A stretch of DNA of 64,000 nt from Acetomicrobium hydrogeniformans (GTDB lineage Bacteria; Synergistota; Synergistia; Synergistales; JAFGMB01). Shown here one piece after another: positions 20,232 through 29,391 of this stretch. Within the stretch, counting starts at the first letter, position 1. Each line of letters begins with the position of its first letter. Below the pieces are notes generated by a model. That model did not search any database. It saw only the letters and a list, made by a program, of their open reading frames with translations, and was not told the DNA's origin. The stretch covers positions 53,008 through 117,007 of the forward strand of contig JAENYO010000006.1 of NCBI GenBank assembly GCA_016841745.1, in the 5' to 3' direction. The translations under genes and the position numbers were made by a program.

Positions 20232-22680
20232 TTCTGATGTTTACAAAATCCAGTTCGCCATCCTGTGTTCCAATCATGACCCTGGAGTTTTCTTTGAGAC
20301 TGCCATCCAGTATCATATCGGCCAGTTTATCTTCAACTAGCTGCTGGATTATTCTTCTTAGGGGTCTGGCTCCATATTTAGGGTCATATCCTTTTTCCAG
20401 AATAAATTCCTTTGCATCCATAGAAACTTCCAGGACTATCAGACTATCATACAGTCTTGATCTCATGTCTCCTATCATTATGTCAACAATAAGGAGCATT
20501 TCCTCCCTGCAGAGACTCTTAAATATTACGATTTCATCGATCCTGTTAATGAACTCCGGCCTGAATGTTTTCTTTACAGCTTCCATAATACCGGAACTTA
20601 CTTTTTTCCAATCCAGGTCCTCTTCCTTTGAATTGCTGAATCCGAGAGCTTTTGTTCGAAAGATATCCCTTGCTCCTATATTACTTGTCATAATTACTAC
20701 AGAGTTCCTGAAATCAACAAGATGACCCTGCCCATCCGTAAGATGTCCATCTTCCATGATCTGGAGAAGTATATTGAACACGTCTGGATGGGCCTTCTCA
20801 ACTTCATCGAAAAGGATTACAGAATATGGTCTTCGCCTTATGGATTCAGTAAGCTTCCCACCTTCTTCATACCCCACGTATCCGGGAGGGGCTCCGATCA
20901 GTTTTGCCACTTCATGCCTTTCCATGTATTCGCTCATGTCGACGCGAATGACAGCTTCTTCGCTTCCAAAAAGGAATTCTGCCAACGCTCTTGCCAGTTC
21001 GGTCTTGCCAACTCCGGTCGGTCCAAGAAAAAGGAAACTGCCTATTGGACGTTTCGGATCTTTAAGCCCACTCCTTGTTCTTCTTATGGCACGAGAAACA
21101 GCACTTACCGCCTCTTCCTGACCTATAAGTCTTTTATGTATTTCATCCTCCATCCTCAGTAGGCGTTTGCTTTCCAGCTCTGTAAGTTGAAGTACGGGGA
21201 TACCAGTCCATTCGGACACTATTACAGCTATATCTGAAGCGAGGACAACTGGCTCCTCCAGATCTCTCTTTGTGTGCCAATCCTTTCTCTTTCTCTCAAG
21301 TTTTTCTGCAAGTTGTCTCTCCTGATCCCTGAGATCAGCAGCCTTTTCAAAAGCCTGAGAATCTACTGCAGCTTCTTTCTCTTTGCATATATCATCAAGC
21401 TGTTTTTCAAGTTCCTTCAGGTCAGCTGGAACTTCCATGGTTTCCAATCTAGCCCTGGCGGCAGCTTCATCCATAAGGTCAATGCTTTTATCGGGAAGAA
21501 ACCTGTCACTTATGTATCTTTCTGAAAGTTTTGCAGCAGAAGTAAGAGCCTCATCCGTTATCTTGACCCTGTGATGAGCTTCATATTTATCTCTCAGCCC
21601 AGCCAGGATCTTTATAGTATTCTCAACAGATGGCTCATCTACCATAACTGGTTGAAATCTCCGTTCAAGAGCTGCATCTTTTTCGACATGTTTTCTATAC
21701 TCATCAAGAGTAGTCGCCCCTACTACCTGAAATTCCCCGCGAGCTAAAGACGGCTTTAGAATATTTGCGGCATCTACGGCACCTTCAGCACCACCGGCAC
21801 CAACAATAGTGTGTATCTCATCAATAAAGAGAATAACCTCTCTGGATTCCTTCATTTCCTTGACAAGTTTTCTCATACGCTCTTCAAATTCTCCCCTGTA
21901 CTTGGTCCCTGCGACAAGATTACCCATATTGAGTTGAACAACTCTTTTACCCTTAAGAGGTTCCGGTATATCTCCTGCAGATATTTTCTGGGCCAGGCCT
22001 TCTACGATAGCAGTCTTACCAACTCCAGGATCTCCGATGAGAACAGGGTTATTTTTTGTTCTTCTGGAAAGGATCTGGATAAGTCGCTTAATCTCCTTAT
22101 CCCTTCCAATTACAGGGTCAAGCTCCCTTTTACCAGACATTTCTGTAAGATCTATTCCTAATTGATCCAGATTTGGCGTTTTTGATCGTCCTGCTATCCT
22201 GATGCTCGAATGCCCCTTGAGTAAGTTTTCATTTTCCTTTTCCGAATTTGATAGAAATTTATTCAGTTCCTGACGAACTGTTTCAAGATCAAGTCCATAA
22301 GAGTTCATAACCTGGGATGCTACTCCCTCTCCTTCTGCAAGAAGTCCCAACAGAACATGTTCCGTACCAACATAATTGACTCTCATATTTCTGGCCTCGC
22401 TAATTGCAAGATCAAGAACCCTTTTGGCCCTTGGGCTCAAAGGCAGATCTACGGGCCTCAGTTTTGACGGTCTACTTCCAACTGCCTCTTCAATTTTGAT
22501 CTTCATTTCTTCAAGATCTACTCCGAGGGACTCGAGAACCTGTACAGCCACACCTTCCCCCTCGGCAATAAGACCAAGCAATATATGTTCAGTCCCGATA
22601 ATATCGTGACCCAGCCTAAGGGCTTCCCTGTGTGCCAGCTGGACTACCTTTTTGCCTCTTTCTGTAAAGAACTGCCACAT
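20218..22680 (-). CDS. clpC: ATP-dependent Clp protease ATP-binding subunit ClpC
   Basis: Two Clp_N repeats, a UVR-like linker and two AAA+ modules ([15 protein letters not shown] and [15 protein letters not shown]). The likely start is [11 protein letters not shown] (22680). Confidence 0.93.
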   Translation of the reverse strand: MWQFFTERGKKVVQLAHREALRLGHDIIGTEHILLGLIAEGEGVAVQVLESLGVDLEEMKIKIEEAVGSRPSKLRPVDLPLSPRAKRVLDLAISEARNMRVNYVGTEHVLLGLLAEGEGVASQVMNSYGLDLETVRQELNKFLSNSEKENENLLKGHSSIRIAGRSKTPNLDQLGIDLTEMSGKRELDPVIGRDKEIKRLIQILSRRTKNNPVLIGDPGVGKTAIVEGLAQKISAGDIPEPLKGKRVVQLNMGNLVAGTKYRGEFEERMRKLVKEMKESREVILFIDEIHTIVGAGGAEGAVDAANILKPSLARGEFQVVGATTLDEYRKHVEKDAALERRFQPVMVDEPSVENTIKILAGLRDKYEAHHRVKITDEALTSAAKLSERYISDRFLPDKSIDLMDEAAARARLETMEVPADLKELEKQLDDICKEKEAAVDSQAFEKAADLRDQERQLAEKLERKRKDWHTKRDLEEPVVLASDIAVIVSEWTGIPVLQLTELESKRLLRMEDEIHKRLIGQEEAVSAVSRAIRRTRSGLKDPKRPIGSFLFLGPTGVGKTELARALAEFLFGSEEAVIRVDMSEYMERHEVAKLIGAPPGYVGYEEGGKLTESIRRRPYSVILFDEVEKAHPDVFNILLQIMEDGHLTDGQGHLVDFRNSVVIMTSNIGARDIFRTKALGFSNSKEEDLDWKKVSSGIMEAVKKTFRPEFINRIDEIVIFKSLCREEMLLIVDIMIGDMRSRLYDSLIVLEVSMDAKEFILEKGYDPKYGARPLRRIIQQLVEDKLADMILDGSLKENSRVMIGTQDGELDFVNIRNDIE

Positions 22681-23049
22681 AAAGCACACACCCCTTTCAA
22701 AGGTAAATTAATTCTATACATGATCTTTTTAAAGACCTGCCTCTCCTGATAGCTTTCCTGAATCTGCACCAGAAATCATCCATGGCTGCAAATCTGACCT
22801 GATGGAGACTGTCAGGAAAATCCAATAAAGCCCTTACTCCTGAATTGGCAAATATCACTGAAATACAAACCATTTCAAAACATCTTTTTACAAAACAGGA
22901 TAAGGAAAGATAATGTTAATTAGATATAAATATCTGATATATTGCTCATAAAGAGGAACTTCCAGAAAAGGCAAGGTATCACATTTTCAAATGTCCATGA
23001 ATCTGTTTTTTGAGAATAGTCACTTATTGCCCCGGAAAAAGGGGTTCCG

Positions 23050-23532
23050 TTATGAAAGAGCAAGACTCCCAAGCATTCTTTTTAAAAGTTCTGCCTGCAG
23101 AACATTTCTTTTGTAAGGAGAGATATTAAAAACAGAGGCTCCAGTTTCATCTGTAAACCTGAGTGATACCTCTACAAGAAGTCTTTCACGGGAAGTAATC
23201 AGGCCTCTCTCCTGAAAAGCGGCAAGGATGCTTTTAGCCTCTTGTTCACTTATGGAATCCCCAATGATATCCTCTATGTGGTTGATCTTGTCTTGAGGCA
23301 TTTCATAGCATATCCGCAAAATCTTGATATATCCATGTCCACCTCGCTGGCTTTCAACAAGGTAACCTCTTTCCGGAGTAAATCGACTTCTCAGGACGTA
23401 GTTTATCTGGCTGGGAACACAACCGAAAAATGCTGCGAGTTCCTTTCTCCTTAGAGAAACATAATCTCTTTCCTCTTCTTCTGCAAATAACTCATTGATG
23501 TAAGATTCAATGATCTCGGTTAGACTTGCCAT
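23050..23532 (-). CDS. ctsR: Class III stress-gene repressor CtsR
   Basis: 160 aa. The segment LRRKELAAFFGCVPSQINYVLRSRFTPERGYLVESQRGGHGYIKILRI is the conserved CtsR HTH/glycine-rich region. Confidence 0.9.
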   Translation of the reverse strand: MASLTEIIESYINELFAEEEERDYVSLRRKELAAFFGCVPSQINYVLRSRFTPERGYLVESQRGGHGYIKILRICYEMPQDKINHIEDIIGDSISEQEAKSILAAFQERGLITSRERLLVEVSLRFTDETGASVFNISPYKRNVLQAELLKRMLGSLALS

Positions 23533-23567
23533 AAAGGAACCTCCTTTGTAAAGCCTGCAACAGTGCT

Positions 23568-23597
23568 ATTTTATGCATAAGGTCAGTATTCGTCAAT
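23568..23597 (-). promoter_or_regulatory. ctsR promoter overlapped by a CtsR-box-like direct repeat
   Basis: The minus strand has TTGACG (23596..23591), a 17-nt spacer and TAAAAT (23573..23568). The plus strand at 23581..23597 reads GGTCAGT-ATT-CGTCAAT, compared with the CtsR consensus GGTCAAA-NAN-GGTCAAA (5/7 plus 5/7). Confidence 0.55.
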
Positions 23598-23630
23598 ATA
23601 CTAGTGACTGTTATAATTCCAGAAGTGGTC

Positions 23631-24233
23631 CTATTCCTTTTTCTCTGCAATTTTTACCTCGGTCCCGTTAAGGATACGTCTGATATTCTGCTGATGTCTG
23701 TACAGGGATAAAATTGCAAGAAGTAATGATGTCAGACTGTATTGGAAGGGACTTTCAATGATTAAGAAAAAGATGGGTATTGAAAAAAGTGAAATTAGAG
23801 AGGCTAAAGAAACATATTTTGTAATTTTCAGGAAACATAACCAGACTATCCCGCCAAGAATACCAACAACAAAAGACAAGGGAGGGCAGAAAAAGATAAT
23901 AACCCCAAAGGTCGTTGAAACACCCTTACCACCCTTAAACCCAAGCCACAGAGGAAAGTTATGACCACATACACTCGCCAGACCAATAAGACTTATCACA
24001 AGAGGATCTCTTATACCAAAGGACATTGCAAGAAGGATGGCCACGCCTCCCTTGAACATGTCCATTACAGCAACAATAACCGCCCATTTTTTACCCAGGA
24101 AACGGCCAACATTCGTAGCACCTATATTACCCGAGCCAAATTGGCGAATATCTTCTCTCTTCATTAGTCTGAATAGAACATAACCGGAGGGAAATGAACC
24201 AAAAAAATAACCAAAAAGAATCCACAAAAACAT
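23631..24233 (-). CDS. plsY: Glycerol-3-phosphate acyltransferase PlsY
   Basis: 200 aa membrane protein with GSGNIGATNVGR and HNFPLWLGFKGGKGV. Confidence 0.9.
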   Translation of the reverse strand: MFLWILFGYFFGSFPSGYVLFRLMKREDIRQFGSGNIGATNVGRFLGKKWAVIVAVMDMFKGGVAILLAMSFGIRDPLVISLIGLASVCGHNFPLWLGFKGGKGVSTTFGVIIFFCPPLSFVVGILGGIVWLCFLKITKYVSLASLISLFSIPIFFLIIESPFQYSLTSLLLAILSLYRHQQNIRRILNGTEVKIAEKKE

Positions 24234-24239
24234 TTCAAA

Positions 24240-26303
24240 CTACCCCCTGATCATAAAGGCATCTACTATTACAGCCTCTTTCTCTCTGGCAAAAACCGGG
24301 TTGATTATAACCTCTTGGAGATCGTGTTCTACACAGATAATTGCAGAGACCTGACTAACGATCTTTGCGAGTGAATCGACATCATAACCTGGCTGTCCCC
24401 AAAGTCCTTTGAGGATAGGATACCCCTTCAGTTCTTTTATCATTTCAATAGCAGCATCAACTTCTACAGGGGCAATTCGAGTTGATCGGTCATCAAGAAA
24501 TTCCACATATATACCACCAAGACCGACTGAAACCACAGGTCCAAATACAGGGTCCCTTCTCGCGGAGATCATACACTCAATTCCTGTTTCAAGCATTTCC
24601 TGTACTAGAACACCAATTATTTCTGCATCGGGATTGGCTACAATAGCCCTTTGAAGGGTCCTTCCATAGGCATTTCTGACTTCTTCAGAATCCCTAAGAT
24701 CAAGAGCTATAATGCGTGCCTGGGATTTCTGCACAATATTAGGAGACATAACCTTAAGGGCGACAGGATAGCCGATTGTATCTGCAGTTTCGATAGCCTC
24801 TTCAAGGTTATGGCATAGATTTTCCTCAGTAATTACTACCCCGTATTCTGAAAGAAGCACTTTGGCATGATATTCAGTAAGTCTGGATGGAAGTTCCTCT
24901 AAAATGTTCAACCCTTCTGGAAGATCAGGAGATCTGGGAAATTGTTTAACTTCAAGATAGAGAGCTGCAAGAGTTTGTGCACATCTTCTAAAACTGGAAA
25001 AGACGGGTATTCCTGCCTCCTCAATTAAAGAAACCATCTGCTTCAAGTGCCTATTCCCTGGCAACCAGCAACATACAATCGGTTTTCTGTTATGTCTGAA
25101 TATCTTCAAAAGGCTTTTAAGTATCTGCTGAATTACCAAAGGACTGATAAGTGATATGACAACAATTATCATGTCAAGATCGTTCTGATTCACCATACAT
25201 TCCAGGGATGAGGAAAAAATAATGGGATCCTTCCATAAGTGGGTAAAAGTATTAAAGGTCGAGTTACTTGACAAAGGCAACAAAGCTTCATCCGAGAAAC
25301 TGCCTTCAGTAATAAGAGAAGGAACTTCAAGACCCTCTTCAAGACATCGGTTGCACATGATAATTCCTGAATCAGGGGAAGTTGAAAATATTCCAACCCT
25401 GTTTCCTGTTGCTTTTCTGGACATATTGAAAATATGGCCAAGATCAATAAGATCTTCAATGTCCTTTATCTCAATAATCCCATACTGTTGAAACACCGAT
25501 TGCCAGACCGCATCTTCTTCTTTTCCATCCCCATTATGTAGTATTCCCTTTCCCCTGCAGTTTGCTAATGAACCGGGATGAATTACAGCAACGGGTACAT
25601 CTTGATTTCTGGCTTTTTTGACAATATCAAGAAATCTTCGGCCATCAGAAAGTTCATGGAAAGAAAAAACAAGGAATCCCAGATCTGGATCACGCAGCAA
25701 AAATTCCCCTACATCAAGACAATCAATTTCAGTACCCACTCCTGTAGTTACGACATATCTGAAGGTAATCCCTTTCTCAGCAGCAGAACAATAAAACGAA
25801 AACCCAAGGGAACTATCCTGGGCAATAAGACCTATGTTGCCCCCTTTCGCTGGAGGCAATCCTGAAATCGAAGAACATGTGAGGGAAACTCCATCTTTAA
25901 AATTCAAGAAACCGAATGAATCCGGGCCAAGTATACTGGTTGAGGATCCTGAAGAGATTTTCTTCAGATTTTCTCGAGAAGGGATATTGTTACAACCAGG
26001 TGTCAGGATAAGGAAAGGTACATTCATAGCCATTATCTCAGCAACACCTTCACAACCTCCATTTTGTGAATCCATAAACATAACAACTTCAGGAATTTCA
26101 GGAAGGGATAATAGGGATGGGTAACATTTCAGACCATAGATGTTAGTTAATTCAGAATTAACCGGGAAGATATGCCCACTGTATCCAGACTCCACAAGCA
26201 GTTTGACAGGCATTGATGACATTTCATCCTTACGATCTGTAGCTCCTATAATTGCGATGCTGCCAGGTGATAAAAGATGTTGAAGATCCGTTCTTTGCTT
26301 CAT
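24240..26303 (-). CDS. ADP-forming acetyl-CoA synthetase / acyl-CoA synthetase (NDP-forming), fused alpha-beta
   Basis: 687 aa. Has an N-terminal CoA-binding domain (SIAIIGATDR), succinyl-CoA-synthetase-like flavodoxin domains, and a C-terminal ATP-grasp domain (TEYHAKVLLSEYGV...GYPVALKV). Confidence 0.8.
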   Translation of the reverse strand: MKQRTDLQHLLSPGSIAIIGATDRKDEMSSMPVKLLVESGYSGHIFPVNSELTNIYGLKCYPSLLSLPEIPEVVMFMDSQNGGCEGVAEIMAMNVPFLILTPGCNNIPSRENLKKISSGSSTSILGPDSFGFLNFKDGVSLTCSSISGLPPAKGGNIGLIAQDSSLGFSFYCSAAEKGITFRYVVTTGVGTEIDCLDVGEFLLRDPDLGFLVFSFHELSDGRRFLDIVKKARNQDVPVAVIHPGSLANCRGKGILHNGDGKEEDAVWQSVFQQYGIIEIKDIEDLIDLGHIFNMSRKATGNRVGIFSTSPDSGIIMCNRCLEEGLEVPSLITEGSFSDEALLPLSSNSTFNTFTHLWKDPIIFSSSLECMVNQNDLDMIIVVISLISPLVIQQILKSLLKIFRHNRKPIVCCWLPGNRHLKQMVSLIEEAGIPVFSSFRRCAQTLAALYLEVKQFPRSPDLPEGLNILEELPSRLTEYHAKVLLSEYGVVITEENLCHNLEEAIETADTIGYPVALKVMSPNIVQKSQARIIALDLRDSEEVRNAYGRTLQRAIVANPDAEIIGVLVQEMLETGIECMISARRDPVFGPVVSVGLGGIYVEFLDDRSTRIAPVEVDAAIEMIKELKGYPILKGLWGQPGYDVDSLAKIVSQVSAIICVEHDLQEVIINPVFAREKEAVIVDAFMIRG

Positions 26304-26407
26304 CGCTAAATACCCCTCCAGATTTGGACTGTCTTAGATTGTAACAGTTGAGATCATTATTCGTCCATTTACCATATATTTGAGACAGGTTATCCGTTTT
26401 AACAGGG

Positions 26408-26444
26408 TAAAAAAATTGCCTCATCCGATACTCCGAATGAGGCA
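26408..26444 (-). terminator. Rho-independent terminator after tRNA-Leu
   Basis: The minus strand reads TGCCTCAT-tcggagtatcgg-ATGAGGCA followed by ATTTTTTT. Confidence 0.72.
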
Positions 26445-26455
26445 TTCTTTCCAAA

Positions 26456-26542
26456 TGGTGCGGAGGGGGAGACTCGAACTCCCACAGGCTTGCGCCCACA
26501 GGCTCCTTAGGCCTGCGCGTCTACCAGTTCCGCCACCCCCGC
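26456..26542 (-). tRNA. tRNA-Leu (class II, long variable arm) with anticodon AAG
   Basis: 87 nt, GCGGGGGTGGCGGAACTGGTAGACGCG-CAGGC-CTAAGGA-GCCTG-(variable arm)-GGGAGTTCGAGTCTCCC-CCTCCGC-ACCA. The 5-bp anticodon stem is unambiguous, which puts A-A-G at positions 34-36 (26508..26506). Confidence 0.8.
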
Positions 26543-26593
26543 ACAGCGAAGGTTATTATAATAGGCTTAAGCCTTCACGTCAATACTGCTAAA

Positions 26594-26944
26594 TTAAAAA
26601 AATCTTCTTTCTTTAATACGGGCAGCTTTACCGCTAAGTTTCCTGAGATAATAGAGTTTAGCTCTACGGACTCTGCCGTATCTTTTTACTTCGATCTTAT
26701 CAATGGTAGGACAATGTAGTGGAAAAATTCTTTCCACGCCTATTCCACCGGAAATCTTTCTTACAGTGAAAGTCTCATTTATTCCGCCGTTCTTACGTGC
26801 TATGACAACACCTTCAAAGACCTGAACTCTCTCCCTGCTGCCTTCCTTGACCTTAACATGCACCCTGATAGTGTCTCCTGAACGGAATTCAGGAATATCA
26901 CTTTTCTGGTATTTCTTTTCTACCAGGCTCATTCTGGGATCCAT
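26594..26944 (-). CDS. rplS: 50S ribosomal protein L19
   Basis: 116 aa, with [44 protein letters not shown]. Confidence 0.96.
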   Translation of the reverse strand: MDPRMSLVEKKYQKSDIPEFRSGDTIRVHVKVKEGSRERVQVFEGVVIARKNGGINETFTVRKISGGIGVERIFPLHCPTIDKIEVKRYGRVRRAKLYYLRKLSGKAARIKERRFF

Positions 26945-26981
26945 AACAAACCCTCCTTATATCAGACATTTACAAGAATAG

Positions 26982-28238
26982 TTATCTTGAACCAAAAAAT
27001 CTGTCCAAAGTTACCGCAACAGCACTCCTGACCGAAAGATGATTATAATCCAGACTTCCACCCTTGACAGGCTGCATAATCGCATCGCACTGTTCTATTA
27101 TTTCATCATGAAGACCCCAACCTGTTCCAAAAACAAAAAGCAAAGGTCTGTCTATTTCCAGTACTATACGTTTAAGTTCCAGCCAGTGGACAGAACCTGT
27201 CCTATTATTTGCAGAAGTTGCTATGATGTATGGTTTTCCATGTTCTTTATCCGTTACCCACTTACTGGCCTTTTCCATATCCGGAAAAAGTTTGATCAGC
27301 TTAAGAGCCTCTCCTCTATTGGGAATGAAGGAAGCGCCATATCCATCAATCCAATGTTTCGTGATCTTTCTTACAAACTCCCGCTGACTGGGAATTGGAG
27401 ATGTAACAAGAAATCTTTTTACTCCAAAAGTTTTGCAAGTTCTACTGATATCATGAAGATCCAGTCCCATTATGGCAGTGCTGTTCTTCTGCCCATTACG
27501 ATCATAGACAGGGGAATGGATAAGCGAAACAAAGACTCCCTTCTTCAAGTATGGAAGGATATTTGCCCTGCTCAACATATCAGGTCTTCTTTTCAAAGTC
27601 CTTGTAACAGCTTCATTTCTTCTCCAGTAATCTATTTCAGCCTTGTTACCGGAAGTGAGAACTTCGGGAACACCTAGTCCATCCCATTCCGCAGGTCTTG
27701 TAAAATGAGGATGGTCAAGCATTCCACGGAAAAACGAGTCTTCTATGACCGCTTCTTGACGACCTACCACACCGGGAATCTGTCGTAATACCGAATCAAT
27801 GATCGCCATTGCTGGAATTTCGCCACCAGTAAGTACATAGTCACCAATGGAAACTTCAAGGTCAACATATTTCTGAACAAATCTCTCGTCGATACCTTCA
27901 TAATGTCCGCAGATAATTACGATATGCTCCCTCGATGCGAGAGATTCAACAATCTCCTGGGTTAAAACTGCTCCCTGGGGACTTGGATAGAGAACAGACC
28001 TGCCTGTCCCTGAGTCAGAGAGAGATTCAAGGGCTATTTTCAAGGGTTCGGCCATAAGTACCATGCCACCGCCCCCAAAGGCATAATCGTCTACCTGGCG
28101 ATAATGACCTTGTGCAAAATCCCTTAGATCAATAACATCAAATTCAATGAGGCCCTTTTCTACCGCTTTACCGATTATGCTAGTAGCAAAGAAATTTCTC
28201 AGAAAATCGGGAAAGGCTGTAATAACGGAAACTCTCAT
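26982..28238 (-). CDS. trmD: tRNA (guanine37-N1)-methyltransferase TrmD fused to a C-terminal SPOUT-like domain
   Basis: Residues 1-~235 are canonical TrmD (DDYAFGGGGMVLMAEP, CGHYEGIDERF). Residues ~235-418 form an extra domain (VSLIHSPVYDRNGQKNSTAIMGLDLHDISRTCKTFGVKRFLVTSP...) that resembles the predicted RNA methyltransferase family sometimes fused to TrmD. Confidence 0.85.
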   Translation of the reverse strand: MRVSVITAFPDFLRNFFATSIIGKAVEKGLIEFDVIDLRDFAQGHYRQVDDYAFGGGGMVLMAEPLKIALESLSDSGTGRSVLYPSPQGAVLTQEIVESLASREHIVIICGHYEGIDERFVQKYVDLEVSIGDYVLTGGEIPAMAIIDSVLRQIPGVVGRQEAVIEDSFFRGMLDHPHFTRPAEWDGLGVPEVLTSGNKAEIDYWRRNEAVTRTLKRRPDMLSRANILPYLKKGVFVSLIHSPVYDRNGQKNSTAIMGLDLHDISRTCKTFGVKRFLVTSPIPSQREFVRKITKHWIDGYGASFIPNRGEALKLIKLFPDMEKASKWVTDKEHGKPYIIATSANNRTGSVHWLELKRIVLEIDRPLLFVFGTGWGLHDEIIEQCDAIMQPVKGGSLDYNHLSVRSAVAVTLDRFFGSR

Positions 28239-28783
28239 CAGTCGAACAATCCTTCAATGATCTCTACTTCTATCGTTTTATTGTCAAGGTCGATCTTTTT
28301 AATGAACTGGCTGACAGCAGGGATATGCTTCTCTTTTCCATCCGTAGAGCGCACTTCGTACACATCGTTTTCACCTACGTCAAGAACGTTTATAACATGT
28401 CCCAATTCTTCTCCGGTCTCACTGTTTACAACTTTCAATCCTATGATATCATCGACCCAGTACTCCCCTTCCGAAAGAGCATGTTTCTCAGATTCGGGTA
28501 TTTTAATCAATGCACCCCTTAAAGCTTCTGCGGAATCCCGGTCGTTGATCTCATCAGTATCAATGATAAGGTAACCTTTACTTTCAAGAGTTCTCACGTT
28601 CCGCACTGAAAGAGAACAAATAAAATTCCCTTCTTTTGAGTACACCTGGAGTTGAGACATCTCACGAAATCTGTCAGGGTAATCAGTCAGGGGCTGCAAT
28701 TTGAGAGTACCTTTTACTCCATGGGGACCAACAATGCGACCCACAGTTACCAGTTCATCGGAACCCATTACGGTCATCCTCAT
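28238..28783 (-). CDS. rimM: 16S rRNA processing protein RimM
   Basis: Contains VTVGRIVGPHGVKGTLKL and a PRC-barrel C-terminus. Sits between the KH gene and trmD, as in the conserved operon. Confidence 0.88.
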   Translation of the reverse strand: MRMTVMGSDELVTVGRIVGPHGVKGTLKLQPLTDYPDRFREMSQLQVYSKEGNFICSLSVRNVRTLESKGYLIIDTDEINDRDSAEALRGALIKIPESEKHALSEGEYWVDDIIGLKVVNSETGEELGHVINVLDVGENDVYEVRSTDGKEKHIPAVSQFIKKIDLDNKTIEVEIIEGLFD

Positions 28784-29019
28784 TCCTCGATATCTACATC
28801 CACCTTGTCATTTGCCTTTACTGCAGAAGATTTTGTAACCAGACGAATAGCATTTATGGTTGCACCCTTCTTGCCTATTATTCTTCCAATATCTTCAGGA
28901 GCAACTCTTATAGCTATTTTAACAGTCCCGTCTTCCTCAAAAGAGTTTACTTCTACTGCATCCGGCCTTGTAACAAGCCGTTCGACAATATACTGGACAA
29001 GCGCTCTGTAGTCAGGCAT
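28780..29019 (-). CDS. KH-domain RNA-binding protein (YlqC family)
   Basis: 79 aa with the GRIIGKKGATINAIR KH motif, between rpsP and rimM. Confidence 0.85.
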   Translation of the reverse strand: MPDYRALVQYIVERLVTRPDAVEVNSFEEDGTVKIAIRVAPEDIGRIIGKKGATINAIRLVTKSSAVKANDKVDVDIEE

Positions 29020-29021
29020 GA

Positions 29022-29297
29022 TTACTGAGCCTGCTTCTTGTTTTCCTGAAATTTGTCCCAGACGCCGGTTCGAATAAGGAGCCCACGAGCCGTATCAGAA
29101 GGAGAAGCACCTTCCTTCAGCCAGTGCATTACCCTTTCTTCATCCACTTTGATAGAAGCGGGATTAGTCATTGGGTCGTAGGTACCAAGCATTTCGATAA
29201 AGCGTCCATCCCTCGGTGATCTGGAATCTGCCACTACAAGCCGGTAGAAAGGACTCTTTTTTCGACCGTGTCTTGCAAGACGAATTCTTACTGCCAT
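29022..29297 (-). CDS. rpsP: 30S ribosomal protein S16
   Basis: [42 protein letters not shown]. Confidence 0.96.
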   Translation of the reverse strand: MAVRIRLARHGRKKSPFYRLVVADSRSPRDGRFIEMLGTYDPMTNPASIKVDEERVMHWLKEGASPSDTARGLLIRTGVWDKFQENKKQAQ

Positions 29298-29391
29298 AAA
29301 ACAACACCTCCAGTGTAAATTATTTTCTTTATTAATAGGAATCTACCCTTTCCATTAAACGGATGGGTAGTATAACCACATAAATATTTGG

